A stretch of 64,000 nt of DNA. Origin: Gemmatimonadales bacterium (GTDB taxonomy: Bacteria; Gemmatimonadota; Gemmatimonadetes; Gemmatimonadales; GWC2-71-9). This document shows, piece after piece, positions 36,057-44,371 of this stretch. The stretch is taken from assembly GCA_050733195.1 (NCBI GenBank), contig JBOHSH010000017.1, positions 7,984 to 71,983 on the forward strand. Direction: 5' to 3'. Made by a program: the position numbers and the translations under genes. Every line of letters starts with the position of its first letter. The stretch's first letter is position 1. The notes under the pieces were generated by a model that saw nothing but the letters and a program-made list of their open reading frames with translations, was not told the origin of the DNA and searched no databases.

Positions 36057-36361
36057 CCCGGCCGAAGCCCCCCAAGCACTGACGATTCCTGAAGGCCGCG
36101 GGCGTTGGGCGACTCCTTCCGGAGCGCCAATCGCCCGCGGGCCTCTATATGCGGAATCCCTCCAGCGGCCACCATCGCGAGGCCTGCGCGGCGCGGCGGC
36201 GATCGGAGCGCCGCCTGTCGCCGGGATAGCGCCGGTCGGTCGGCTGGGGCCTCGGCTTTCGCCGGCGGTCCGACCGCATGCGCCGCCCCGACCCTCGCCG
36301 TCGATCAAGGAATCTCACCCGCCGTTCTCCCCCTGTCGGTCCTGGCGGTAAGCCGGTTCAG

Positions 36362-37078
36362 TCAGCGCTGGCCGTAGCCGACGCCGAGCGTGAGACCGCG
36401 GATCGTCTCGCGCCATGTGGCGGCGCCGAGCCGGGTCTCGTCCAATGCGTAGCCCAGCCGCACGGCGATCTGCCGCCGGGCGAGATACAGCACGATGCCC
36501 GCCGCCGCGCCGCGGGCACGATCGAACGCGTCGGCGTTGTTGACGCTCCCGGTGACGGCGGCCCACAGCTCGCCGTAGCCGCCCACGATGTCCCGCACGA
36601 TCAGGCCTTCGTAGCGACCGTGGATCTCCCAGGTGAGCCAGCGCTGGGTGAACTCCCGTTCGGCCGCGGCCTGCGGATCGCCGATCGAGACGCCGATCAC
36701 CGGAGGGGTCGGCACGTTCCGCACGAAGGCGCGGGCCCTCGGCCCGCCGGAGAGCTCGAGACCCGCAATGGGGCGCACCCCGACGAGGGCGTAGCCTTCG
36801 ATGTAATCCCGGACCGACGGCCCGGCGGTATCGGGCGTAAGCGAGCCGTTGAGGTATCCCATCCGGAGCGCGAGACGCTTCCAGAACAGGCCCCCTTCGC
36901 CCCCGATGGCGGCGCCGCTCACCGCTTCGACGCCGCTGGGATAACGGCTTCGCGCCTTGACCGACGTGCCGAGCACGCCGATCCAGACTCCGGGCCGGTC
37001 CTGCGCGACGGCCGGGTCGGGCACCAGCAGGCCGCCGAGCGCGGCGGCCGCGAGCAGGGCATGCAGGCGAGCGGTCAT
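36362..37078 (-). CDS. putative outer-membrane beta-barrel protein
   Basis: Signal peptide MTARLHALLAAAALGGLLVPDPAVA. Short amphipathic strands alternate and are rich in Gly and aromatics. It is the last gene of the wzc-wza operon. Confidence 0.55.
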   Translation of the reverse strand: MTARLHALLAAAALGGLLVPDPAVAQDRPGVWIGVLGTSVKARSRYPSGVEAVSGAAIGGEGGLFWKRLALRMGYLNGSLTPDTAGPSVRDYIEGYALVGVRPIAGLELSGGPRARAFVRNVPTPPVIGVSIGDPQAAAEREFTQRWLTWEIHGRYEGLIVRDIVGGYGELWAAVTGSVNNADAFDRARGAAAGIVLYLARRQIAVRLGYALDETRLGAATWRETIRGLTLGVGYGQR

Positions 37079-38154
37079 GGCGTCCCTCCTTCCGGGCCGG
37101 TGCGTGCTCCGCCCGCGACCGCGCCGCTCGTGATGCGGAGGCGGACGTCGCGACGGATTCTGACGTTCTCGCTCCGGACCGAGTCCGCCCTGCGGAGCCA
37201 GGCATCGCGCGCGGCCTGATCGTTCGACACGGCGGCAGGTTGTCGCGACGAGCCGCCCTGTTGTGCCGCGAATCCGACCAGGCCGGCCAGTGCGAGCCCT
37301 CCGCCGACGTAATAGCGCGCGGATCCCCCGGCGCCGTCTGCCGCGACCACTTCCGGCAGCATGACGGCGGCGAGCCCGGCGAGGACGCCGGCCGCGAGCG
37401 TTCCCACAGCCCGATTCGAGGGTTTCCTGGCCGGCTGCTGGACGACGGGGGTCGCGGCGGGTCGCTCCGGTACCGGGAGCGTGTCGCGCCGCAGCGAGCG
37501 GACGGTGATCGGCAGCCGCACGACGCGCGGCGGTCCGCCACCCGCGGGCCTCGAGGTCACGAAGAGCGCCAGCGCGCCCGTGAGCGGCGCTCGACCGGAT
37601 CCGTCGGTCCCTTCCCAGCGCACGTCGAGGCTGTCCGGAATGGGACCCGCGAAGAGTCGCCGCGCAGCGCGGCCCGCCTCGGGTCCGATGTCGACCGTGC
37701 CCTCGTGACGGGCACTGGCATAGAGTCGGACGACGTACTGGTCGACTCCATAGGTGATCGTCGTGTCCTTCGGCGCGCGAATGCGGACGTACGCGGTCTG
37801 CCGCCGCACCTCGTCGAAGACGTCGGTGACCTGCGGCGGGAAGATCAGGGAATCGGGTCGGAAGCGCGGCTCGGTCGCGAGGGCCTGCCGGAAGGCGGCG
37901 TCCGCCGGATCCCGCCGGCCCCGCAACAGCTCGCTCGCTCCGAGATAGGCGTAGGCGTCGGAGCGGACACTGTCGGAGAGCGTGGTTCCGTTCGCGCCCA
38001 GACCGCGGCGGAGCAGGGTGACGGCGGCGTCGTAGTCGAGGGCTCGGTACGCGGCCAGCCCCTGCGCGATCAGATCCGACCCGGTCTGGCCCGACAACCT
38101 GCCGAGCGTGAGCGCGACGAGCAACGGTGTGAGGACCAGCGCGCGGCGGATCAT
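37075..38154 (-). CDS. hypothetical secreted/membrane protein with TPR-like N-terminus
   Basis: Signal peptide MIRRALVLTPLLVALTLGRLSG. A TPR-like helix pair (AQGLAAYRALDYDAAVTLLRRGL) is present, along with hydrophobic segments near residues 250-300. ATGA-type overlaps occur at both ends. Confidence 0.55.
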   Translation of the reverse strand: MIRRALVLTPLLVALTLGRLSGQTGSDLIAQGLAAYRALDYDAAVTLLRRGLGANGTTLSDSVRSDAYAYLGASELLRGRRDPADAAFRQALATEPRFRPDSLIFPPQVTDVFDEVRRQTAYVRIRAPKDTTITYGVDQYVVRLYASARHEGTVDIGPEAGRAARRLFAGPIPDSLDVRWEGTDGSGRAPLTGALALFVTSRPAGGGPPRVVRLPITVRSLRRDTLPVPERPAATPVVQQPARKPSNRAVGTLAAGVLAGLAAVMLPEVVAADGAGGSARYYVGGGLALAGLVGFAAQQGGSSRQPAAVSNDQAARDAWLRRADSVRSENVRIRRDVRLRITSGAVAGGARTGPEGGTP

Positions 38155-39767
38155 GGCGGGAGCACCTCCAGGACGAGATCGATCAGACGCATCTCCTGGC
38201 CGGCTTCGATCCGCACCTCCCGCTCATAGGGCCGAAACCCGGGGCGGACCACGCGGATCTGATGAAGGCCTGCCTGCAGCGGAAGCCGGGCGACCGGGGT
38301 ATTGCCGATCAGCTGACCGTCGACGAAGAGCTGTCCCCACGGCCGCGTGCTGATGAAGAGCTGGCCGGGGGGCGCGGGCGGAGCCGTGGCGGCGGGTGGA
38401 GGAGCGACGATCGCGCTGTCCCGCTGGGCGGCCGGAGGGACGCTGCGGTCGGAGCGCCCACCGTTCGCGCCCGCACTCCGTCGCGGCGACGGCCGGGGCG
38501 CGCGGCGCTCGACGACCGGAGTCTCTTCCACCGGATCGGGCTCGAAGTCCGTCTCTGCCGTGGAGAGCGCCGCCTCGTCACCGGGCTCCTGGCGGGGCTC
38601 CTCGCGGGGACGGGGGCTCTGCGCTTCCCGCCGGGCGACTCGCTCTGACTCTTCCGTTTGTGGAGCGAGGATCGGAACGGGCGCGGCATAGCGCTCGGCG
38701 TCCGTTCGCTTCCAGGGCGCCGCGAACAGGAGGGTGACCGCGATCACGGTCAGAACCGCGAGCGCCAGCAGACGGGGCGGGCGCTTGCGCCGCGGGTACT
38801 CCACGAAGAGCAGCCTCTGGCTCGCGGTCGAGGGCGCCGCGGTGCGGGGCGGCGGCTCGAGCGACGCTGCCGGCGGCACGATGCCCAGGGCCGCGACCAG
38901 CTCCCGCACGCCGGGGAACCGGGCGGACGGCCGCGGGTTGAGCGCGCGACCGAGTGCCTCGGCGGCATGCGGCGGCACGTCAGGCCGGAGCTCCGTCAGG
39001 CGGGCCGGCAGCTCGCCGTCCCGCTCCTGGCCTCCCGGCGGCAGGCCGGTCAGACACTCCCACATCGTGAGGGCGAGCGCGTACTGATCCGCCGCCGGGC
39101 TCGGCGGAAGGTCGGTCGTCTCCTCCTCCGGCGCGGTATACACCGGCCGGGTCACCTCCGCCTCGGCTCCGCCGGCGGGAAGCCGGTCCAGCACCCGGCC
39201 CACGGCGACGTCCGCGAGCAGCACCCATCCGGGGCCGAAGAGGAAGATGTTCGCGGGGTGCACGTCGCCGTGGACGACGCCGCGGCCGTGCGCGTAGTGC
39301 AGGGCGCTCGCCGCCTGCTCCATCGCACGGACTGTCTGACGGAAGTCGAGGGGACCGTGGTCCCGGAGCAGCGTGGCGAGCGACGCGCCCTCCACGAACT
39401 CCATCGCGTACCAGAAGAGCTTCGCCGAGCTACCGGAGCGCTGCACCGCGACGACGTTGGGATGATCGAGGGAGGCCCAGTCCGCGACGGCCCGGACCAG
39501 ACGCTCGCCGAGGCCGGCGTCGGTCAGAGCCGAGCGGTGCATCACTCGGAGAGCGACCCGCCGGTCCGTCTCGAGCTCGCGCGCATCCAGCAGGACGGAG
39601 CTCCGGCCCCGGCCCAGCACCGCGCGAATCTCGAACAGCTCGCCGAGCTCGCGCCGGGCGAGGGACTCGAGCTCGCGACCCGGCGAAGGGCCGATGACCC
39701 AGCGGGCCTCCGCTTCGGCCTCGGCCGCGTCGAGCTCCGTATCCCGGGACACGCGCCAGCGATTCAT
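38151..39767 (-). CDS. Ser/Thr protein kinase with TM segment and C-terminal PEGA domain
   Basis: Kinase motifs VALRVM, HGDVHPANIF and YTAPEE. TM segment LLALAVLTVIAVTLLFAAPW. C-terminus LFISTRPWGQLFVDGQLIGNTPV fits PEGA. Confidence 0.85.
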   Translation of the reverse strand: MNRWRVSRDTELDAAEAEAEARWVIGPSPGRELESLARRELGELFEIRAVLGRGRSSVLLDARELETDRRVALRVMHRSALTDAGLGERLVRAVADWASLDHPNVVAVQRSGSSAKLFWYAMEFVEGASLATLLRDHGPLDFRQTVRAMEQAASALHYAHGRGVVHGDVHPANIFLFGPGWVLLADVAVGRVLDRLPAGGAEAEVTRPVYTAPEEETTDLPPSPAADQYALALTMWECLTGLPPGGQERDGELPARLTELRPDVPPHAAEALGRALNPRPSARFPGVRELVAALGIVPPAASLEPPPRTAAPSTASQRLLFVEYPRRKRPPRLLALAVLTVIAVTLLFAAPWKRTDAERYAAPVPILAPQTEESERVARREAQSPRPREEPRQEPGDEAALSTAETDFEPDPVEETPVVERRAPRPSPRRSAGANGGRSDRSVPPAAQRDSAIVAPPPAATAPPAPPGQLFISTRPWGQLFVDGQLIGNTPVARLPLQAGLHQIRVVRPGFRPYEREVRIEAGQEMRLIDLVLEVLPP

Positions 39768-39769
39768 GT

Positions 39770-40879
39770 CTACAGCACGGTGAATGGCGCGCTATCGATC
39801 GTCAGGGCGCCGGTGACGATCCGCAGCCGATAGCCCAGTCCGGGCAGGTCGATGCGCAGATCGGGAAAGGTGAACACACCGCCCGAGGGAGGCTGGGTGA
39901 GCGTTCCCGCGAGCGTCGCCCCGGGTGTTCCCGTCAGGGGAACGATGCCGGCGGCCGCCGTTGCGTTCGCGCTGGTGGCGATGTTGCCGAACTGGTCGAG
40001 GATCACGATCCGCACCGCGGGGGTCATCACCTGGCCGGGATGCGTATCCGTCGGGTGCTGGAGTACCGCGAGCTGCGCGGCGGTGGCGTGTCGCGCCGTC
40101 GCCGTGAAGCTCACCGGGGACCCCGTCGCGTTGGCGACCGACGCAGCCACGGTCTCCTGGCCCGCGCGGTCACCGAGCCGGTGCGTCGCCCGCGCGATCC
40201 CGTTCTGGTCCGTGGTGGAGGTCGCCGGGCTCACGCCGCCGGTTCCGCTCGTGACGGACCAGGAGACGGAGACGCCGGCGACCGGCAGCCCCGTGCTGGT
40301 GCGGACCTGGACCTCGTACGGCACCGGCAGCGTCGCCATGACCGTATCGGCCTGGCCGGCGCCGTCGAACAGCGCCACGATGTTGTCGTTGCGCTCTTCC
40401 ACGATGTCGAAGCTTCGGCTCGTGGCGGAGCTGGCCCCGTTCGTCGTCGCGACCAGCGTGTAGCCCCTGCCGGACTTGTCGATCTTGAGGCCCTGAAATG
40501 TCGCCACGCCTTCTTCCACCCGGCGGCGGGTACCGCCCTCGAGCTTGCCACCACCGGAGTTGTTGCCGATGGCCAGGGTGATCTCACCGCTGAATGTGGT
40601 CGCCAGCACACCCGACTGATTCCGCACCGCCACCCTCACGGGAGGCGTGATCTGCTCGTCTTCCCGGGTGTCGCCGGGCTGAACCAGAAAGACGAGCTGG
40701 AGAGAGCTGCTCCCGCCGCCGCCGGGGTCGTCACCGGGATCCGTGCCCGGGGAGCTCACCAGCTTGTCGATGCCGCACCCGGGGAGGAGCGCGAAGGCGA
40801 GAGCCGCGACACCGAGCCGGAGACGGCGGGCGACGCGGCTGCCGCGTGGCCGACGGTCAGAACGCCCTGGACAGGCCAT
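39770..40879 (-). CDS. lipoprotein with tandem bacterial Ig-like domains
   Basis: Lipobox FALLPGC. Repeated patterns match Big-like domains: VFLVQPGDT..ITPPVRVAV.N..G, GVATFQGLKIDKSGRGYTLVA and GVFTFPDLRIDLPGLGYRLRI. I prefer ATG 40879 over TTG 40894. Confidence 0.7.
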   Translation of the reverse strand: MACPGRSDRRPRGSRVARRLRLGVAALAFALLPGCGIDKLVSSPGTDPGDDPGGGGSSSLQLVFLVQPGDTREDEQITPPVRVAVRNQSGVLATTFSGEITLAIGNNSGGGKLEGGTRRRVEEGVATFQGLKIDKSGRGYTLVATTNGASSATSRSFDIVEERNDNIVALFDGAGQADTVMATLPVPYEVQVRTSTGLPVAGVSVSWSVTSGTGGVSPATSTTDQNGIARATHRLGDRAGQETVAASVANATGSPVSFTATARHATAAQLAVLQHPTDTHPGQVMTPAVRIVILDQFGNIATSANATAAAGIVPLTGTPGATLAGTLTQPPSGGVFTFPDLRIDLPGLGYRLRIVTGALTIDSAPFTVL

Positions 40880-41618
40880 AGAGGCCCCCGGCAATGCTCA
40901 CGATGATGCCGACGGTGCGCAGCGAGTCGTACCCGCTGCCCGCGCGCCGTCCGCCCACCACGAGCCGGTCGCCGTCGCGCAGGGCCGCTTCGTCGACGGT
41001 GCGGCGATCCGCGATGAGGCGTTCGAGCTCCTGGGCTCTGTAGATCTCCCGTCCGTCCCGCTCCACTTTGAGCTTCTTCATGTCGGCATCGGGCGTCGCG
41101 CCTCCGGCCGCCATGAGAACGTCGGCGAGCGGCGCGTCCGGCGGCACGCCGTAGATACCGGCGCGCGCCACGTTGCCCTGGATGGTGAGCCGCATCAGCG
41201 GCCACGCCCGCACCCGCGAGTTCTGCACGAACTTCTTCACGAACTCGGCGACCCTGGGCTCGAGCTCGGACCGGAGGACGCCGGCGAGCGCGAGGCTCCC
41301 GACGGCGGGCGAGGGGAGCTCCAGGGTGCGGTCCCGGGTGACGGCGAACGTATCGGTGAGGGTGGATTCGGCCTGAACTTCAATCCGGATCAGGTCTCCC
41401 GGCCGGAAGTCCCCTTCCTTGAGCCGGGCCTGCACCAGGGCGGCGACGGGGCCGCCCTTGTGCCGGGCCGCGAGCTGCTCGAGCTCCTGGCGGGAGGCGA
41501 GAGAGCGATGCGCGAGAGCCTCGTCGCCGGCCGGCCGCTCCTGGGCGGCGAGCGGGACGGCGGCGAGTAGCGCGCTCAGCGCGAGCGCGCCGCGCCGGAG
41601 CGCCGACAATGCGGTCAT
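40857..41618 (-). CDS. wza: polysaccharide export (OPX/Wza-like) protein, short form
   Basis: A Poly_export-like segment (FRPGDLIRIEV...VTRDRTLELPSPAVGSLALAGV) is followed by one SLBB-like segment (LTIQGNVARAGIYGVPPDAPLADVLMAAGGATPDA). The product is only 253 aa. Confidence 0.8.
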   Translation of the reverse strand: MTALSALRRGALALSALLAAVPLAAQERPAGDEALAHRSLASRQELEQLAARHKGGPVAALVQARLKEGDFRPGDLIRIEVQAESTLTDTFAVTRDRTLELPSPAVGSLALAGVLRSELEPRVAEFVKKFVQNSRVRAWPLMRLTIQGNVARAGIYGVPPDAPLADVLMAAGGATPDADMKKLKVERDGREIYRAQELERLIADRRTVDEAALRDGDRLVVGGRRAGSGYDSLRTVGIIVSIAGGLYGLSRAF

Positions 41619-44038
41619 GAGCGTCCTCCGAGCACCTTCCGCCAGCCTTCCTTCGGGGCGCCGGCCCCGAGCTCTTCGGGGCTCGGCTCGGCGTAGCCGG
41701 AGAGGTCGTAGGTGTAGTACCGGAACGCGCCGCGGCCGCGCACGCAGTTGAGCACGGCCCCGATGGTCCGGACCGGGAGCGAATCGGCCACTTCGAGCTT
41801 GGCCACGGCGAGGGGGAGGTCGGTCTCCTCGGAACGGAGCACGAGCAGCAGGTTGTTCGTCACCGTCGCGAGCACCAGCGGATCCACCCCCGCCGCGAGC
41901 GGCGGGCTGTCGACGATCACGATGCCGTACGTCGAGCGCAGGTTCGCCATCAGCTCGCGCAGCCGGGGGAGCAGGAGCAGCTCCGGCGCCCGGTACATCC
42001 GGGTCCCGGCGCTGATGAACGAGAGCTCGGGATATGCGGTGCTCTGGATCGCTTCGTCCAGCGTCGCGCGGCCCGCCAGCAGATCGGTGAGTCCCGGCGT
42101 CGGCAGGGCGTCGAGGGTGCGGTGCTGCGCCCCCCGCCGCACGTCGCCGTCGATGAGAAGGGTCTTGTACCCGGCGTACGCGAACGACAGCGCCAGGTTG
42201 ACGGAGACGAACGACTTCCCGTCGCCCTGGGACGGGCTGGAGACCGTCAGCAGCAGCGGGCCCTCCGTGCCCAGCGAGTGCAGCACACGCACCCGCAGGC
42301 TGCGGAGCGCCTCGATCACTTCCGCCGACGCCTGGCCGGAGCTCGGCAGGAGCCGGAAGCTCACGTGCGGCAGCGCGGCGAGGATGGGCAGGCGCATGCC
42401 GTGCACCACCTGCTCCGGCGTGCGCACCTTCGAGTCGAGCTTGTCGAGCACAGTGGCCAGGACGACCGCGATGCCGAGGCTGGTGAAGAACGCCAGCGCA
42501 ATGAGGAGCGGCGCGAAGTCCACGGCCGGCCGGCCGGGCTGTACGGCGCCGTCGAGGAGGCGGAGATCCGGCGTGGTGCTGACCAGCGCGAGCTGGACCG
42601 CGTGCAGCCGGCTCCCGATCGCGGCCGCGACCTCCTCCGCGGTGCGGACGCCCCGCTCGAAGCGCGCCTCGTCGAGGGCAAGCCGCGGAACGTCCCGAAG
42701 GAAACGGAACGCCGAGTCGACCTGCGGAACCACGGCGGCTTCGCGCGAGCGGAGCTCGCCGGCGAGCTTCTGGGCGAGCGCGGGAAGATTCCGCCGCTGC
42801 ATCGCCTCGAGGTCGGCCTTGAGCTGCTGCACCGGCTGGCTCTCGTCCGTGTAGCGCTGCCGCAGGGTCCGCAGCTCGGCTTCCTTCCTCGCGATTTCCG
42901 CGATCGCCGCGGCCATCTCCGGCGACTGCTGCACGGAGGGGATCACCGCGAGCGCGTCGAGCCGGACACCGCGCTCCGGCATGTCCCGGATCGCCTGTTC
43001 GATCGTCCGGCGCTCCCGGCGAAGCTGATCCATGGAGACTCGAAGGTCGAAGGCCCGCGCGAACATCGGGTCACCGCGCGGGTCCAGCGTCGACGACACC
43101 GCCGGAGCGGATCGCTGGAGGAAGCCGGCCGTCTGCTGGCGATGGGAGGCCAGCGCGCCCTCCGCCAGCCGCAGCGTCTGCTGCGCGGCCTCGTGCTGCC
43201 CTTCGAGGATCCCCGCGAGCTGCGCGAACCTTCCGCGCTTGAGGTCGGAGGCGAGCGTGACCACGCGCTCGGCGATGGCGTTCACCGTGGCGGTCGCCAG
43301 GGCCGGATCAGTAGCCTTGAGCTCCAGCCGCAGCACGCTGCCGCCCGGGTCGAGGCGAACCTTGAGGTCGCGGGCCAGCAGCTGCGCCGCGTCGTAGGGC
43401 GCCTCCACCGCGAAATCGATCCGCCGGCCGGCTCTCGCCTCCGCCGGCGTCAGCACCCAGGCGAAGCCGGCTCCGGTGCCGAGCGTGTCGCCGACCGGCC
43501 GCCGTTCGATCACGGTTCCCTCGGCGAGCCGGAGCTCCGCCGTCTTGCCGCCGCCGTCGATGGCGAGCTGATACCGGCCGGGCCGGAGATTCTTGCGCGC
43601 CTCGAAGGTGGCGAACGCCGGAGCGTCGATCGGATCCCGCGCGCGCACGTAGAGATGCAGCGAGCGGACGACCTCGTCGAGCACGGCATAGGAGGTGATC
43701 AGCTCTACCCAGCTGGGCGGGTTCACCAGGTCGCCGCCGGCATCGAGAATGGGATCGCGCGCCGATTCGCGCGCGGGCGTCTCGATCCACAGCAGGGCCT
43801 TGGCGGAGTACCGGGGATCCAGAAACTGCGCGCTGATGATGCCCAGCGCGGTCCCCAGCAGCGTGATGAAGACCACGAACCACTTCCGGCGAACGATGGC
43901 CGCCGCATAGCGCGGGGGCTCCGCCGGCTGAGCGCTCGGACCGAGGCTGTGCGCCGCCGGAGACGCCGGCAGGGCGCTCTGGTGCGTTGAAACCTCGACG
44001 TGAGGGCGCTCGATCGGCCACGACGGCATCCTCTCCAT
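41615..44038 (-). CDS. wzc: polysaccharide co-polymerase / tyrosine autokinase (Wzc/GumC-like)
   Basis: The N-terminus has a Wzz-like TM segment and coiled-coil region. The C-terminus is a P-loop kinase (VSSPSQGDGKSFVSVNLA, LLIDGDVRR, IVIVDSPPL). Confidence 0.88.
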   Translation of the reverse strand: MERMPSWPIERPHVEVSTHQSALPASPAAHSLGPSAQPAEPPRYAAAIVRRKWFVVFITLLGTALGIISAQFLDPRYSAKALLWIETPARESARDPILDAGGDLVNPPSWVELITSYAVLDEVVRSLHLYVRARDPIDAPAFATFEARKNLRPGRYQLAIDGGGKTAELRLAEGTVIERRPVGDTLGTGAGFAWVLTPAEARAGRRIDFAVEAPYDAAQLLARDLKVRLDPGGSVLRLELKATDPALATATVNAIAERVVTLASDLKRGRFAQLAGILEGQHEAAQQTLRLAEGALASHRQQTAGFLQRSAPAVSSTLDPRGDPMFARAFDLRVSMDQLRRERRTIEQAIRDMPERGVRLDALAVIPSVQQSPEMAAAIAEIARKEAELRTLRQRYTDESQPVQQLKADLEAMQRRNLPALAQKLAGELRSREAAVVPQVDSAFRFLRDVPRLALDEARFERGVRTAEEVAAAIGSRLHAVQLALVSTTPDLRLLDGAVQPGRPAVDFAPLLIALAFFTSLGIAVVLATVLDKLDSKVRTPEQVVHGMRLPILAALPHVSFRLLPSSGQASAEVIEALRSLRVRVLHSLGTEGPLLLTVSSPSQGDGKSFVSVNLALSFAYAGYKTLLIDGDVRRGAQHRTLDALPTPGLTDLLAGRATLDEAIQSTAYPELSFISAGTRMYRAPELLLLPRLRELMANLRSTYGIVIVDSPPLAAGVDPLVLATVTNNLLLVLRSEETDLPLAVAKLEVADSLPVRTIGAVLNCVRGRGAFRYYTYDLSGYAEPSPEELGAGAPKEGWRKVLGGRS

Positions 44039-44371
44039 GTGGATTCGCTGTGCCTCCTAATGAGCCTGGACCGTGGACCGTGATCGGTCCGCACCCGGGA
44101 TGCGCGGTGCAAACCCGGGACCGCGCGACGGGTGCGTAAGTCGTGCGTCGATGCGGCGAGCGATCGCCGCCGGCACCGTTTCGCGGCGCAGGGTTCGAGA
44201 AGCGGGCTGCGTTTTGTGACTGAGTAACGATCCGGTTTTCATCACCGGCCGCGAAGCCGGGCAGGGGGCCGCGAACGCTTAAGTCGCGTCGTCGCAAGCG
44301 TCCTCCGGGGCGGAGGCCGATCCTGCGACGTCGCGCGCGGCGCGGCGCGGAACCTGCCCTCCGGCAAGCGT

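Noticed and set aside
36057-36361. 305-bp gap after the epimerase gene, inspected for a tRNA (including tRNA-Sec), an sRNA or a small ORF
   Set aside because: No T-arm-like GGTTCGA(A/T)TCC or cloverleaf is apparent. The overlapping tracked ORFs (35866-36351, 36105-36377) are Arg/Ala/Pro-rich with no start context. A tRNAscan/Infernal run would be needed to exclude an RNA gene completely.
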